This document shows positions 38,611 through 47,400 of a stretch of DNA of 64,000 bases, one piece after another. How positions within the stretch are numbered: position 1 is the first letter of the stretch; every line of letters starts with the position of its first letter. The notes under the pieces are model-generated. The model was given only the letters and a program-made list of their open reading frames with translations. It was not told the origin of the DNA and searched no databases. The DNA comes from a virus (taxonomy: Duplodnaviria; Caudoviricetes), in IMG/VR virus record IMGVR_UViG_3300025000_000057. One strand, 5' to 3'. A program made the translations under genes and the position numbers.

Positions 38611-38620
38611 ATCCTCTCCC

Positions 38621-39469
38621 CTAACTAATAATTACCGCATTTCCTTTACGAGTGGGGATAAAACGCTCATTCCAGGCGCAAAGCTGCTTTACCAACAGTA
38701 CCGTTTCCTCATTTACAGTTAAGTAATATATCTGTACTTCAGAGATTTCTAAACTGATCTTAGATACAATCTCTTCTATATATTTAACATCCAAGGGTTC
38801 CCCAGCATTACGACTCGCTAGGTAATCTTCTGTACTAATCTTTGCGGTACCTCTAATAAGGTTCTGATCTAGTTCTGATACATCCTTGTAAAAGATTATA
38901 CGTATACGAATCTCCACATTAAGGAACCGAGGTTGAAATACGTCAATTCTAGTTCCCCAACCGCCGACCATTCTAGCTGCAGTGGTTACTTGTTTAATAA
39001 GATTTGGTAACTCAGCCGGATCTTTATTAATAACATATATAGAGCCGGAACCGGTGCCGTGAGTATACGCTTTCATAATAACATCATCTACTCCGGGTAC
39101 CGACAGACAAGCAAGACGTACGGCCGTTTCATTAGAGGTAGCCATACTTAACAGTTGTTGACTAATTCGATAACGATACGGTTCATCCTTTTCATCAACG
39201 TATCGTTTACAGTACATCATATATCCTATCGCATCAAGTGCGTCTTCTCCTGCATAAGACAAGAAAGCTTGAACCAGTTCTTTCTTTAATGTGTCATAAA
39301 AACCATCAACATTACTTTCTGAACTCTTAGCAAATTCCTCGTTAAAGATAGCCAGTAGAAGTCTAGTTACTCCGCCACGACTAATCTCTGATAATTCCTC
39401 AGAATTTGCTAATCTATTCATAGCATTTGTCATTATGGTTTCAAAATCCTTGTTGATCTTTAGGAGCAT
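38621..39469 (-). CDS. Baseplate J-like wedge protein (282 aa)
   Basis: EKDEPYRYRI...AVRLACLSVPGVDDV...HGTGSGSIYV resembles Baseplate_J. It lies next to the gp25-like gene. Confidence 0.75.
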   Translation of the reverse strand: MLLKINKDFETIMTNAMNRLANSEELSEISRGGVTRLLLAIFNEEFAKSSESNVDGFYDTLKKELVQAFLSYAGEDALDAIGYMMYCKRYVDEKDEPYRYRISQQLLSMATSNETAVRLACLSVPGVDDVIMKAYTHGTGSGSIYVINKDPAELPNLIKQVTTAARMVGGWGTRIDVFQPRFLNVEIRIRIIFYKDVSELDQNLIRGTAKISTEDYLASRNAGEPLDVKYIEEIVSKISLEISEVQIYYLTVNEETVLLVKQLCAWNERFIPTRKGNAVIIS

Positions 39470-39471
39470 AT

Positions 39472-39879
39472 TTAAACCTCCATTACTTTGATAACCCCGG
39501 AGGAAAGATCTAAACCAATTTCTAAACTAATAGGTTGTGCAAAATAAGGACTGTTAACAAATAAGAAGAACAATATCGTAGTTTTCGATATAGGGACTGG
39601 TCTGATATAGATATCTTTCTTATCTATAAGATCGTCTTCAGTTAGTGCAAAGGTAATCTTATCAATAGTAAGCTGAGCCGTATCGGGACTATTAGGCATT
39701 CCTATGATATCTTCCATATCCGCCCCGATATGATCTAATCTCCAATTAATCCTTACAGCTTTTATCCTATTAATAATAGACTGTAACTGAAATTCCCCTT
39801 CTTTAGCTACGGCCAGATCGTGATCTCGAATGATAAAATCACCGTCCGGAGATATTGCAATATCTTTAGCTACTCGCAT
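39472..39879 (-). CDS. gp25/GPW-like baseplate wedge subunit (135 aa)
   Basis: ATG 39879 with GAGGTG RBS. DIAISPDGDF...QSIINRIK...HIGADMEDIIG...ITFALTEDDLI follows PAAR, as usual for gp25-like genes. Confidence 0.75.
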   Translation of the reverse strand: MRVAKDIAISPDGDFIIRDHDLAVAKEGEFQLQSIINRIKAVRINWRLDHIGADMEDIIGMPNSPDTAQLTIDKITFALTEDDLIDKKDIYIRPVPISKTTILFFLFVNSPYFAQPISLEIGLDLSSGVIKVMEV

Positions 39880-39883
39880 CATC

Positions 39884-40225
39884 TCACCTCGCAACAAAGA
39901 AGTTATTAGAACCGCTTACCATATTTCCGGCCCCTTGGAGATGAATATTCACTCCATCTCCAACTCTTACAATACCCCGACCGTTTACAAATAAACTAGT
40001 ACTAGCCTGTACATTCGTATATCCTGCTCCACAACATGGGCAGGTTGTATAACCTGTATCGCTTAGTCTTGCTGCGGACTTACCGTTAATAAACATATTG
40101 TGACTCCCGGTCACTTGGCCACCCGTAACCGAGTGGCCACCACATCAGTTATCTGGACAACCATGACCATTGTGGTGTCCGACGCTGCCATTCATTCTAT
40201 CACCTATTCTACAAGCTGCTGGCAT
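39884..40225 (-). CDS. PAAR spike-tip protein (113 aa) with one in-frame UGA at codon 27 (40145-40147)
   Basis: ATG 40225 preceded by AGAGGTG. Translation: MPAACRIGDRMNGSVGHHNGHGCPDN*CGGHSVTGGQVTGSHNMFINGKSAARLSD...TCPCCG...FVNGRGIVRVGD...HLQG...SGSNNFFVAR. The track reports only the part after the UGA, which lacks the first PAAR motif. Confidence 0.85.
40116..40139 (-). promoter_or_regulatory. SECIS-like/readthrough stem-loop downstream of the in-frame UGA (PAAR gene)
   Basis: UGGCCACUCG-GUUA-CGGGUGGCCA: 10-bp stem with one G-U pair and loop GUUA. The stem starts 5 nt and the loop 15 nt after the UGA. Confidence 0.6.
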
Positions 40226-40256
40226 TTTATCACCTCTGTACAAAGCTTGAGTTAAT

Positions 40257-40781
40257 TTATGAGAAGAAGTAGTTAGGTGCCGCGAAATACATATTCCCAC
40301 CAGACATCCATTCTACGGTACCTTCATTATCAATCTTTACATTTCCGCCTATTTCTATGTCAGCATTCCCGCCGATGTTAAGGTCGGCATTGCCACCAAT
40401 ATTAACAGTACAATTTCCCTGCGCTTCTAAATAGATATTACCACCTATCTTGGTTAAAATGTTACGGCCAACATGTCTTTCTACATCCTTTTGTATCCAT
40501 TCTCTTAAATATCCGGTGTGATGACGTTCTCCATCGGTAATTAGCGATATGTTAGCTAGGTTAGGATCTAATCTAATACCGACATTAGTACCACAGAAAA
40601 TATCAATACAACCATTGTCTCGTATCTTAACAATACTTGTATTAAAAGGATGTGTTAAAGCTGGTTCGGAACCGGATGGAAACCTTACATTTTCCGCACT
40701 TTGTTTTAGTTCGAGTAACGGGTTATCTGTTGGTTTATTCGCATATTCATTTAAACGTAATGATTGACCCCCGTACGCCAT
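40257..40781 (-). CDS. Baseplate central spike, beta-helix part (gp5/gpV C-terminal-like, 174 aa)
   Basis: 8-residue repeats IGGNIYLE...IGGNADLN-IGGNADIE-IGGNVKID. Directly upstream of PAAR. Confidence 0.75.
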   Translation of the reverse strand: MAYGGQSLRLNEYANKPTDNPLLELKQSAENVRFPSGSEPALTHPFNTSIVKIRDNGCIDIFCGTNVGIRLDPNLANISLITDGERHHTGYLREWIQKDVERHVGRNILTKIGGNIYLEAQGNCTVNIGGNADLNIGGNADIEIGGNVKIDNEGTVEWMSGGNMYFAAPNYFFS

Positions 40782-41167
40782 TACAACTCACCAGTCCTTT
40801 CACCTATCATATCTGGTATAAAAGAACCCTTCCGTCTATGGGTTTGTCTTCTACCCCTTGTAGATGAGCTATAATTAAGATCTAGAACCCCACTTATATA
40901 ACCGAAGGTATAATTACCGCCCGGGAATACGATTTGTACATCTTCTCCCGGAAATGGGCCAGGGTGATTAATTCCACCCTGGATTTGTATAGGTACTACC
41001 AATTCACATATACCACGGCTATTAGGGTCTCTAAATCTTACCTTACATCTCTTTTGTTCTGGATAGTATTCTGTAACAGTCCCTCTAACGTCTTTAGTAA
41101 CGTTAGCTATAGCCGGCGCTACTACCTTTTTGTAAATCGTCTGTAAGATACCGTTATTAAGATTCAT
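40781..41167 (-). CDS. Baseplate spike OB-fold-like protein (128 aa)
   Basis: RGTVTEY...RCKVRF...PFPGEDVQIVFPGGNYTFGYISG resembles the gpV/gp5 N-terminal OB fold. TAATG overlap with the next gene. Confidence 0.65.
   Translation of the reverse strand: MNLNNGILQTIYKKVVAPAIANVTKDVRGTVTEYYPEQKRCKVRFRDPNSRGICELVVPIQIQGGINHPGPFPGEDVQIVFPGGNYTFGYISGVLDLNYSSSTRGRRQTHRRKGSFIPDMIGERTGEL
41085..41106 (-). repeat. 7-8 bp hairpin near the 5' end of a CDS
   Basis: CUAACGU-UACUAAAG-ACGUUAG; nt 62-83 of gene 40781-41167. Confidence 0.65.
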
Positions 41168-41175
41168 GATTTCAC

Positions 41176-44100
41176 CTACTCTAAATAATGAAATATTGTC
41201 TTATCCGCCGGGATACCAAGAATATCGAAATGTAAATGTGGCTCTTCCTGGTCGCATCCGTCAGCTTTCTTCGCACTGGTACCAATAGTCCCGATTATAC
41301 AGATACTATTATTAAGAGTACGACAGTCGAGTTTTTCACCATGGCTTACTTTAACTTCTCCAAGATTCCCGTATACTGTTTGACTTCCACCGGGATGAGA
41401 GACTATAACATGCTGACCGAGACCACCCGGGCTCGGATCGTTACCTATTTTATTAACAATACCAGAGCAAGCAACGAATACAGGATCGTCTTGATTACCT
41501 GCGATATCGATACCTTTTACGTGAGAATTTTTACCGTTGTTATCCATCCGTCCTATTGAAATTTCGGTAATCTTACGGCTCATTGTAGGCCATCTAAAGT
41601 AACGAGCCCTGGATATATCCATAAGATCGTTTGGCTTATATTCGCTATTTGTACCAGTACCAGGTACTGAAAGTTGACCGGTTGTAGCCGGAGTAAATTC
41701 GTCATAGACAAAACCAAGTCTTTGTAGAATATCTGTCAAATCGTCGTTCCCAGTCCCGGGCTGAGAACCATCTTTAGAAGTGGCACCATTGTCACCGGTA
41801 TTCTCCCATTTTATAATAGGGTCTGGATAATAAAACGGATCTTTTAAACCCGGAATTAACGTTTGGTGACCGTCTATACCAGCAGTATATGGCATCCCTT
41901 TATACCATAATGGGTATATCTTAATCTCCTGCTGATAGCGATTAGTGTATTTATCATATAGTTCACACATACCATTTAATACTAAAACTCCAAAGATGGT
42001 AACAACAAGACCACCTAACATACTTCCTATAGCAGCTGCGGTGGCTCCGGCAGTTAACGCCAACCCTCCGGCTATGGTTCCTAATCCTGAGATAGCTGTC
42101 CTTATGTTCTTTATACTTCTGACAGCAGTCCATACCGTACCGGCTAACTTCGCATTCTTAACGCCGACTACAAATGCTCCAGAAGCAAGCAGGAATAAGA
42201 ATCCGTTAGCAGAGTATTTAGCAAATTGTAAGGCCCGTCTCGATATACCCAAAAGGGCTTTATTTCTTTCACTCCCAGCAATAGCTACCTGTAAATCCGG
42301 TTTAATAGAGGTAATAAATCCTGTATCAAATCCCATATGAATAACGACTCGCCCTATATCGGCCATACCATTCATCTTGGTATAAGCATCGTCGAGATAA
42401 AACTGATCATGTTGCTTAGGTACTTGTCCTAATATTAAAAGTTCTCCCTGATACATACCTCTAAATTTCTCTCTTAAATGGCTGCGGCACATCTCTACAG
42501 CCCGACTTTCGCCCGTAGCAAAACCAAGGAAAGGTAGTATAGTTTCCATAGCGGGAATGGCATTAGGGATAAAGCTATCTTGTATAGTAGTACTATCAAA
42601 GATCTCTGTCTTTTGAAGCTCTCTTTTAATATACTTATCAGCCTTTACTACTTTACTGGTAACTGGTTTACCTTCAATAGAATAGATAGCTGCACAATTA
42701 GTTACTAAATCCGTATTACTAGCGCGGATACCATTATCAATAATATGATAGTAACTATTATAAAGCCAGAATTGACTAAACGGTTTATATAGCTCTTCAT
42801 AATCTTCCTTCTTGGTACCATCCCCGCTCTTAAGTCTTAATGCATATTTTACCGGCCAATGTGGCATCCCGTAAAACAAGGTACTTCTAAAATGGTAGTG
42901 GTGAATGGCTACTATCTTATCCCGTTCTGCAAAGGATATTGTCCTAAAGATATCCCAGGGACTCTTACCACCTATATACATTTGAATACCGCCCTTGCCG
43001 GCATCTTCATCGTATCCGATAAAGCCTAATAACTGACATAGCCAGTTAACACCCGGGTCAGGGTCGTTAGGAAAAGCCGGGTTCCTATCATAGATATTCT
43101 TCATAGTATCATAGGCGCTTATCTTCTTACCACTGTCTATATCGGTACTTCTTTCCGGGTCGCCACCCCAGGATATGTCATCTTCTTTCTTATATACATA
43201 ACCGAAGTGTTCAATACCATAAGGGTTGGCATCTCCAAAGATATAACCGTCTAAGGATTCTGGCATCATTTCCCCTGTAGCGGCTTCTACCTTTTCCTGG
43301 CCACCAACGAACATTTGTTTAGCCTGTTCGACTGTAATAGATTTACCAGTTCTTTCTTTGTATATTTCTATACACCTTTGCCATTGTTCGGGTTTGACTT
43401 GATCGACTGTCATATAACTTGCATAAATACCGGCATTTACACATGCTATATCAAAATGCTCTTCATCTGTTCCAGTCTCTCCTGCGGGATTTACCATTGT
43501 TACACTTTTAATAGCATTTGATAGCTTCTCTGGTGCTTTCTCCAGTTTTCCTTTTTCTATCATACTACTAACCCAGTCTGCAAACGTCTCTGCAAGATCG
43601 ATAGTACTTTTCAATCCTTTAATAAACTCCTGAACGACCATACTATTACCCCAGTGAAACATGAGTCCACGGTGGGCTAGTATCATGTAAAACATTGTCC
43701 ACGGGGTACTGGTTAAATTAAAGATACTGGTTCTTTGATTCTCATCCCACTCTAATATAGGATCGACCAGCTCTATACCATCACCTTGACATATAATAGT
43801 CATATTCTCCCTGGAATCTATGTCTGCTATCACACCATTAAAAGCTGTAGGTAAACATTCTGCAACAGAACCATATCCCATTTTGAGATGCACCCTAGCA
43901 CCGGTCTTTAGACTAATGTTCTTTAGCACTTCGGCTCTTTGTTTTAGAATTGACATATCTATCCGAGGAAAGATATTATTAGCCCAGGTATCTCCTCCCT
44001 TAGCTTTATATCTAAGTTTGGCATTTAGGCTACCATAGATATTCGTAAGAGATATAATAGCAAGGTCTACAGGATTGTCTCGATCTTTGACAGTAGTTAT

Positions 44101-47100
44101 ATTCAACACAGAATGGTAGGTATAAAAGTTTGTCCACGTTCTTCTACCACTTATCCACATACCTTCGTCTAATATCACCATAGCAAAGGTTGGAAATGCT
44201 TTAACGAATCTTCCATCCCAAGAATAAGTAAGCCAATCATGGCACATCTGTCTAGCCAACTCGTCAATACCTTCGGGCTTAGATATGTCCGGAGCTTGAA
44301 CTCTCTCTCCGTAAGGTTTAGTCATTACCGGCGGTGTTTGTGCATAAATCCAATCTGGAAGTTTTTCATCTTTCCAATTAAGGCCTGTACTATCTGTTGA
44401 GTTATATATACCCGAGGACGAACTTACTGCTCCTGTCTGTAAAACCTCGGCCATCGGTAAGTATCTAAAGTAGCGAGAATCTGCACCAAGACTGTTACCA
44501 CTAATTTGAACTACTCCATAAGCTTTACCCTTAGCATGAACAATAGTATTATCGCCTAAGTATATACCAACATGGTCTGGATTGACCGGATCTGGGCCAT
44601 CTCCCCATCTTGTATAAATCAAATCACCTACAGTCAAATCACCTTTGGTTATTTCTTGACACTGTTTCCATTGAGTATAAGTAAGGCGAGTTATATTAAC
44701 TCCAAACTGAGCGAATGTCCATTGTACAAGACCAGAGCAATCGAAAGTATCAGGCCCCTCTGTAGTAACAACATAAGGTTTACCTACTTGAGCCTTAACC
44801 AGTGCTATGAACTCTGTTTTTGTTTTAGAAGAGTTAGCTGTAGGATTAACAGACATTGTAGTTCCGGCAGTTCCGCTGGGAGGAGTCGCTCCCTTTTCTT
44901 TACTTATTATGACAGGCAATCTTTGTCTTCCGAAGTTTAATGCCTCCTGGTGGCTCTTGTAATAAACATCTATCCTATTACCCTTAATGGCCCCGCCGGT
45001 ATCTTCGGCTTTAAACCAGCCTCCATTAGGTTTGTTCTTAAAGTAAGGAATATATACCCAGCTACCCATTGGTATAACATTCCTATCTACAGCAATGGTA
45101 TGCCACTCTTTAACCATAACTCCACTTGCTGTAACACCGTAACCAGGACTCCCCGGAGACTTGCCACAACACTTTTGACAAGCGCAATACGCTGTTATCT
45201 CGAATGTCCTTTGTTCTCCCGGAACTGAAGTTGTAGTATTAGTCGTAACGGTGGTTGTCGAGACTGGTGTAGGTGCGTTAGGATCTATACCAATACCTGC
45301 AGGATAGCTACTATTGATTGTACCTCCATTTACTATAGCTGGATTAACCATTCCGCCAAGATGTAAATAATCGTATTTAACATAAAAGTCAGGATCGACT
45401 CTAAAGCCTGAATAATTCTTACCTCTTAATGCCGGAGAGACAAACACATTAAAATCAAGATCCTTTAAATTACGTTGCCTTCTCTGCGCGTTTATATCGA
45501 GCAGAGCTTGTGCCACTTGATTATACGATGGCAATTCGAGATCCGGGTATAGGTCTAAGTTATTTACAACCTCTTCAGCAACCATAGTCTGTAAGTACTC
45601 GGTAGGCGCATCTGCCATACTATTTAACAGTACGCTTTGTACATTACCTACTAGATTGGTTTTATCATGAAACGGCAGGAAACCGTCAACAGCTTCATTA
45701 TCTTTCTGACTCGGGTCGTAACTGACACAAGCTATAGCAATTCGTGTCATGCCTGGCTCATTTTCTACGGTATCAATTTCTATAGCATGAATCATTACAT
45801 ACTCTACTCCGAATAACTGAACCAGTTCATTCTCTAACTTTACAAAGCCTGAAACTAATTTATCACGATAGTTGATAGCATATTCTTCTGTAAGTTTTTG
45901 CAAGTCAACAAATTGTTTAACAATATCTCTATTCTCTGTCTCTAGCTGAATAAAGATATTAGTATCTAACGATCCCATGTATTGGTGAGACGGATCGGTA
46001 TGCATTTGTAAATGTACCGCACTAAATAAATTATGAGTAGTTAAAGACATGGAATTGATTATTACTTCATCATTTGGTATATCTACCTCTACCATAGCAA
46101 TGCCGGCCGCAATAGAGACTACATCGTTAGTTTCAAGAAAACTACTATCAATAATATAAAACTTAAATGAGCCATTCATATAATTAACAATCGGCTGTAA
46201 CCATGATTGATTCACCCGTCCCAATGCTGTAGGCTGAAGTACTTGCTGATAATACCAACGGAATAATGGATAACAAATCATACGGTCAAGATCGGCATCA
46301 TGCCTTTGGATATATGGCATTACTGTTGTCTTATGCATAATAAGTTCTACAGACAATGTATCGGGGAAGTCCTTATCCGTATATCCAGTTATAGACGATA
46401 GGCATACATTATATATACCAAACACGTCATTAAGTCGTTCATTAACTACAGGTATGATTGGCGTTCTCATGAATTGTGCCAGAAGTGGTCTTAATCCATC
46501 CATGCTGTAAATCTCACCGGCCGGCCCCGCTACCGGGAATCCATTAATCTGCTCGATATCACCAAAGTACAGAGTTAAACGTATCTCTGTTTGGGTATAT
46601 CCACTCTTAGTCTTAATACTACTTTTAGATCTCATGGATTTCATAGTAGACACATTTCCAACAGTTTTAACTTTAATAGAAGTTGGTGGAACAAAGAATA
46701 CGCTATCACCAATACGCAAATGAAATGGTGTTGCTCTGTTACGCCACCCGGGAACGATATCTGTATCTAGTCCGAATAGATCGATTGCATCCCATTTTAT
46801 GAAATCCGTATTGAATGGTTGTATACCGCTAACGGCATCCGTCGATATACCAACGGGCGTCGATGATGGTGGAGGTACTACAGCAGTACCTCCACCGGAA
46901 GTAGATTGATTAATAGCTCTATAGAAAGCAAAAGGATCGATCACTCCATTAGGATCTGCCTTACCGGCCTTATAGAGACTCCAGCTAAATGGATCGTGTG
47001 GTCGTGTATTGGAATCATAGTAGCTATGAGGTTTAATACTTTGCTCTGTTTTAGGAAATCTCCATTTATCGCATAAGTAAGCACATAGCCACACCAATCT

Positions 47101-47397
47101 CGCTAACGAGCCGGCTGTAATAGGTTCGCAAGTTTCAATACCAATACAATTATTACCACCTACGGTATGATGAGCCCGCTCATCATCCGGGATAATATAA
47201 AGTATTTGATTAGAACCTATAACGTAATGAGAACTAGCCGGATAAGGATTATCGTTTTGCATATTTCTTCGTATAATATTAGGGTCGGGTTGATTCACAC
47301 CCGTCCTATGGATAACGATCCCTTGAGGAGTTCTTTTATCACCAGGTCTATTCCTACAAGGACTTAAAAATGCTTCAGTAATAGTATAGCCACTCAT
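41176..47397 (-). CDS. Baseplate hub/tail-associated lysin (2073 aa): Amidase_2, 3D, NlpC/P60 and M23 peptidase domains
   Basis: IVIHRTG...SSHYVI...IGIETC (amidase); FEITAYC...AEDTGGAIKGNRIDVY (3D); FDCSGLV...DHVGIY...IVHA (NlpC/P60); HVKGIDI...PHLHFDI (M23). Confidence 0.85.
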   Translation of the reverse strand: MSGYTITEAFLSPCRNRPGDKRTPQGIVIHRTGVNQPDPNIIRRNMQNDNPYPASSHYVIGSNQILYIIPDDERAHHTVGGNNCIGIETCEPITAGSLARLVWLCAYLCDKWRFPKTEQSIKPHSYYDSNTRPHDPFSWSLYKAGKADPNGVIDPFAFYRAINQSTSGGGTAVVPPPSSTPVGISTDAVSGIQPFNTDFIKWDAIDLFGLDTDIVPGWRNRATPFHLRIGDSVFFVPPTSIKVKTVGNVSTMKSMRSKSSIKTKSGYTQTEIRLTLYFGDIEQINGFPVAGPAGEIYSMDGLRPLLAQFMRTPIIPVVNERLNDVFGIYNVCLSSITGYTDKDFPDTLSVELIMHKTTVMPYIQRHDADLDRMICYPLFRWYYQQVLQPTALGRVNQSWLQPIVNYMNGSFKFYIIDSSFLETNDVVSIAAGIAMVEVDIPNDEVIINSMSLTTHNLFSAVHLQMHTDPSHQYMGSLDTNIFIQLETENRDIVKQFVDLQKLTEEYAINYRDKLVSGFVKLENELVQLFGVEYVMIHAIEIDTVENEPGMTRIAIACVSYDPSQKDNEAVDGFLPFHDKTNLVGNVQSVLLNSMADAPTEYLQTMVAEEVVNNLDLYPDLELPSYNQVAQALLDINAQRRQRNLKDLDFNVFVSPALRGKNYSGFRVDPDFYVKYDYLHLGGMVNPAIVNGGTINSSYPAGIGIDPNAPTPVSTTTVTTNTTTSVPGEQRTFEITAYCACQKCCGKSPGSPGYGVTASGVMVKEWHTIAVDRNVIPMGSWVYIPYFKNKPNGGWFKAEDTGGAIKGNRIDVYYKSHQEALNFGRQRLPVIISKEKGATPPSGTAGTTMSVNPTANSSKTKTEFIALVKAQVGKPYVVTTEGPDTFDCSGLVQWTFAQFGVNITRLTYTQWKQCQEITKGDLTVGDLIYTRWGDGPDPVNPDHVGIYLGDNTIVHAKGKAYGVVQISGNSLGADSRYFRYLPMAEVLQTGAVSSSSGIYNSTDSTGLNWKDEKLPDWIYAQTPPVMTKPYGERVQAPDISKPEGIDELARQMCHDWLTYSWDGRFVKAFPTFAMVILDEGMWISGRRTWTNFYTYHSVLNITTVKDRDNPVDLAIISLTNIYGSLNAKLRYKAKGGDTWANNIFPRIDMSILKQRAEVLKNISLKTGARVHLKMGYGSVAECLPTAFNGVIADIDSRENMTIICQGDGIELVDPILEWDENQRTSIFNLTSTPWTMFYMILAHRGLMFHWGNSMVVQEFIKGLKSTIDLAETFADWVSSMIEKGKLEKAPEKLSNAIKSVTMVNPAGETGTDEEHFDIACVNAGIYASYMTVDQVKPEQWQRCIEIYKERTGKSITVEQAKQMFVGGQEKVEAATGEMMPESLDGYIFGDANPYGIEHFGYVYKKEDDISWGGDPERSTDIDSGKKISAYDTMKNIYDRNPAFPNDPDPGVNWLCQLLGFIGYDEDAGKGGIQMYIGGKSPWDIFRTISFAERDKIVAIHHYHFRSTLFYGMPHWPVKYALRLKSGDGTKKEDYEELYKPFSQFWLYNSYYHIIDNGIRASNTDLVTNCAAIYSIEGKPVTSKVVKADKYIKRELQKTEIFDSTTIQDSFIPNAIPAMETILPFLGFATGESRAVEMCRSHLREKFRGMYQGELLILGQVPKQHDQFYLDDAYTKMNGMADIGRVVIHMGFDTGFITSIKPDLQVAIAGSERNKALLGISRRALQFAKYSANGFLFLLASGAFVVGVKNAKLAGTVWTAVRSIKNIRTAISGLGTIAGGLALTAGATAAAIGSMLGGLVVTIFGVLVLNGMCELYDKYTNRYQQEIKIYPLWYKGMPYTAGIDGHQTLIPGLKDPFYYPDPIIKWENTGDNGATSKDGSQPGTGNDDLTDILQRLGFVYDEFTPATTGQLSVPGTGTNSEYKPNDLMDISRARYFRWPTMSRKITEISIGRMDNNGKNSHVKGIDIAGNQDDPVFVACSGIVNKIGNDPSPGGLGQHVIVSHPGGSQTVYGNLGEVKVSHGEKLDCRTLNNSICIIGTIGTSAKKADGCDQEEPHLHFDILGIPADKTIFHYLE

Positions 47398-47400
47398 TAT

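Noticed and set aside
39850-39865. 16-bp palindrome AGATATTGCAATATCT after the PAAR terminal TGA as a third SECIS
   Set aside because: The stem is AT-rich with no G-U loop, the PAAR fold is complete at this TGA, and a TAA follows within six codons.
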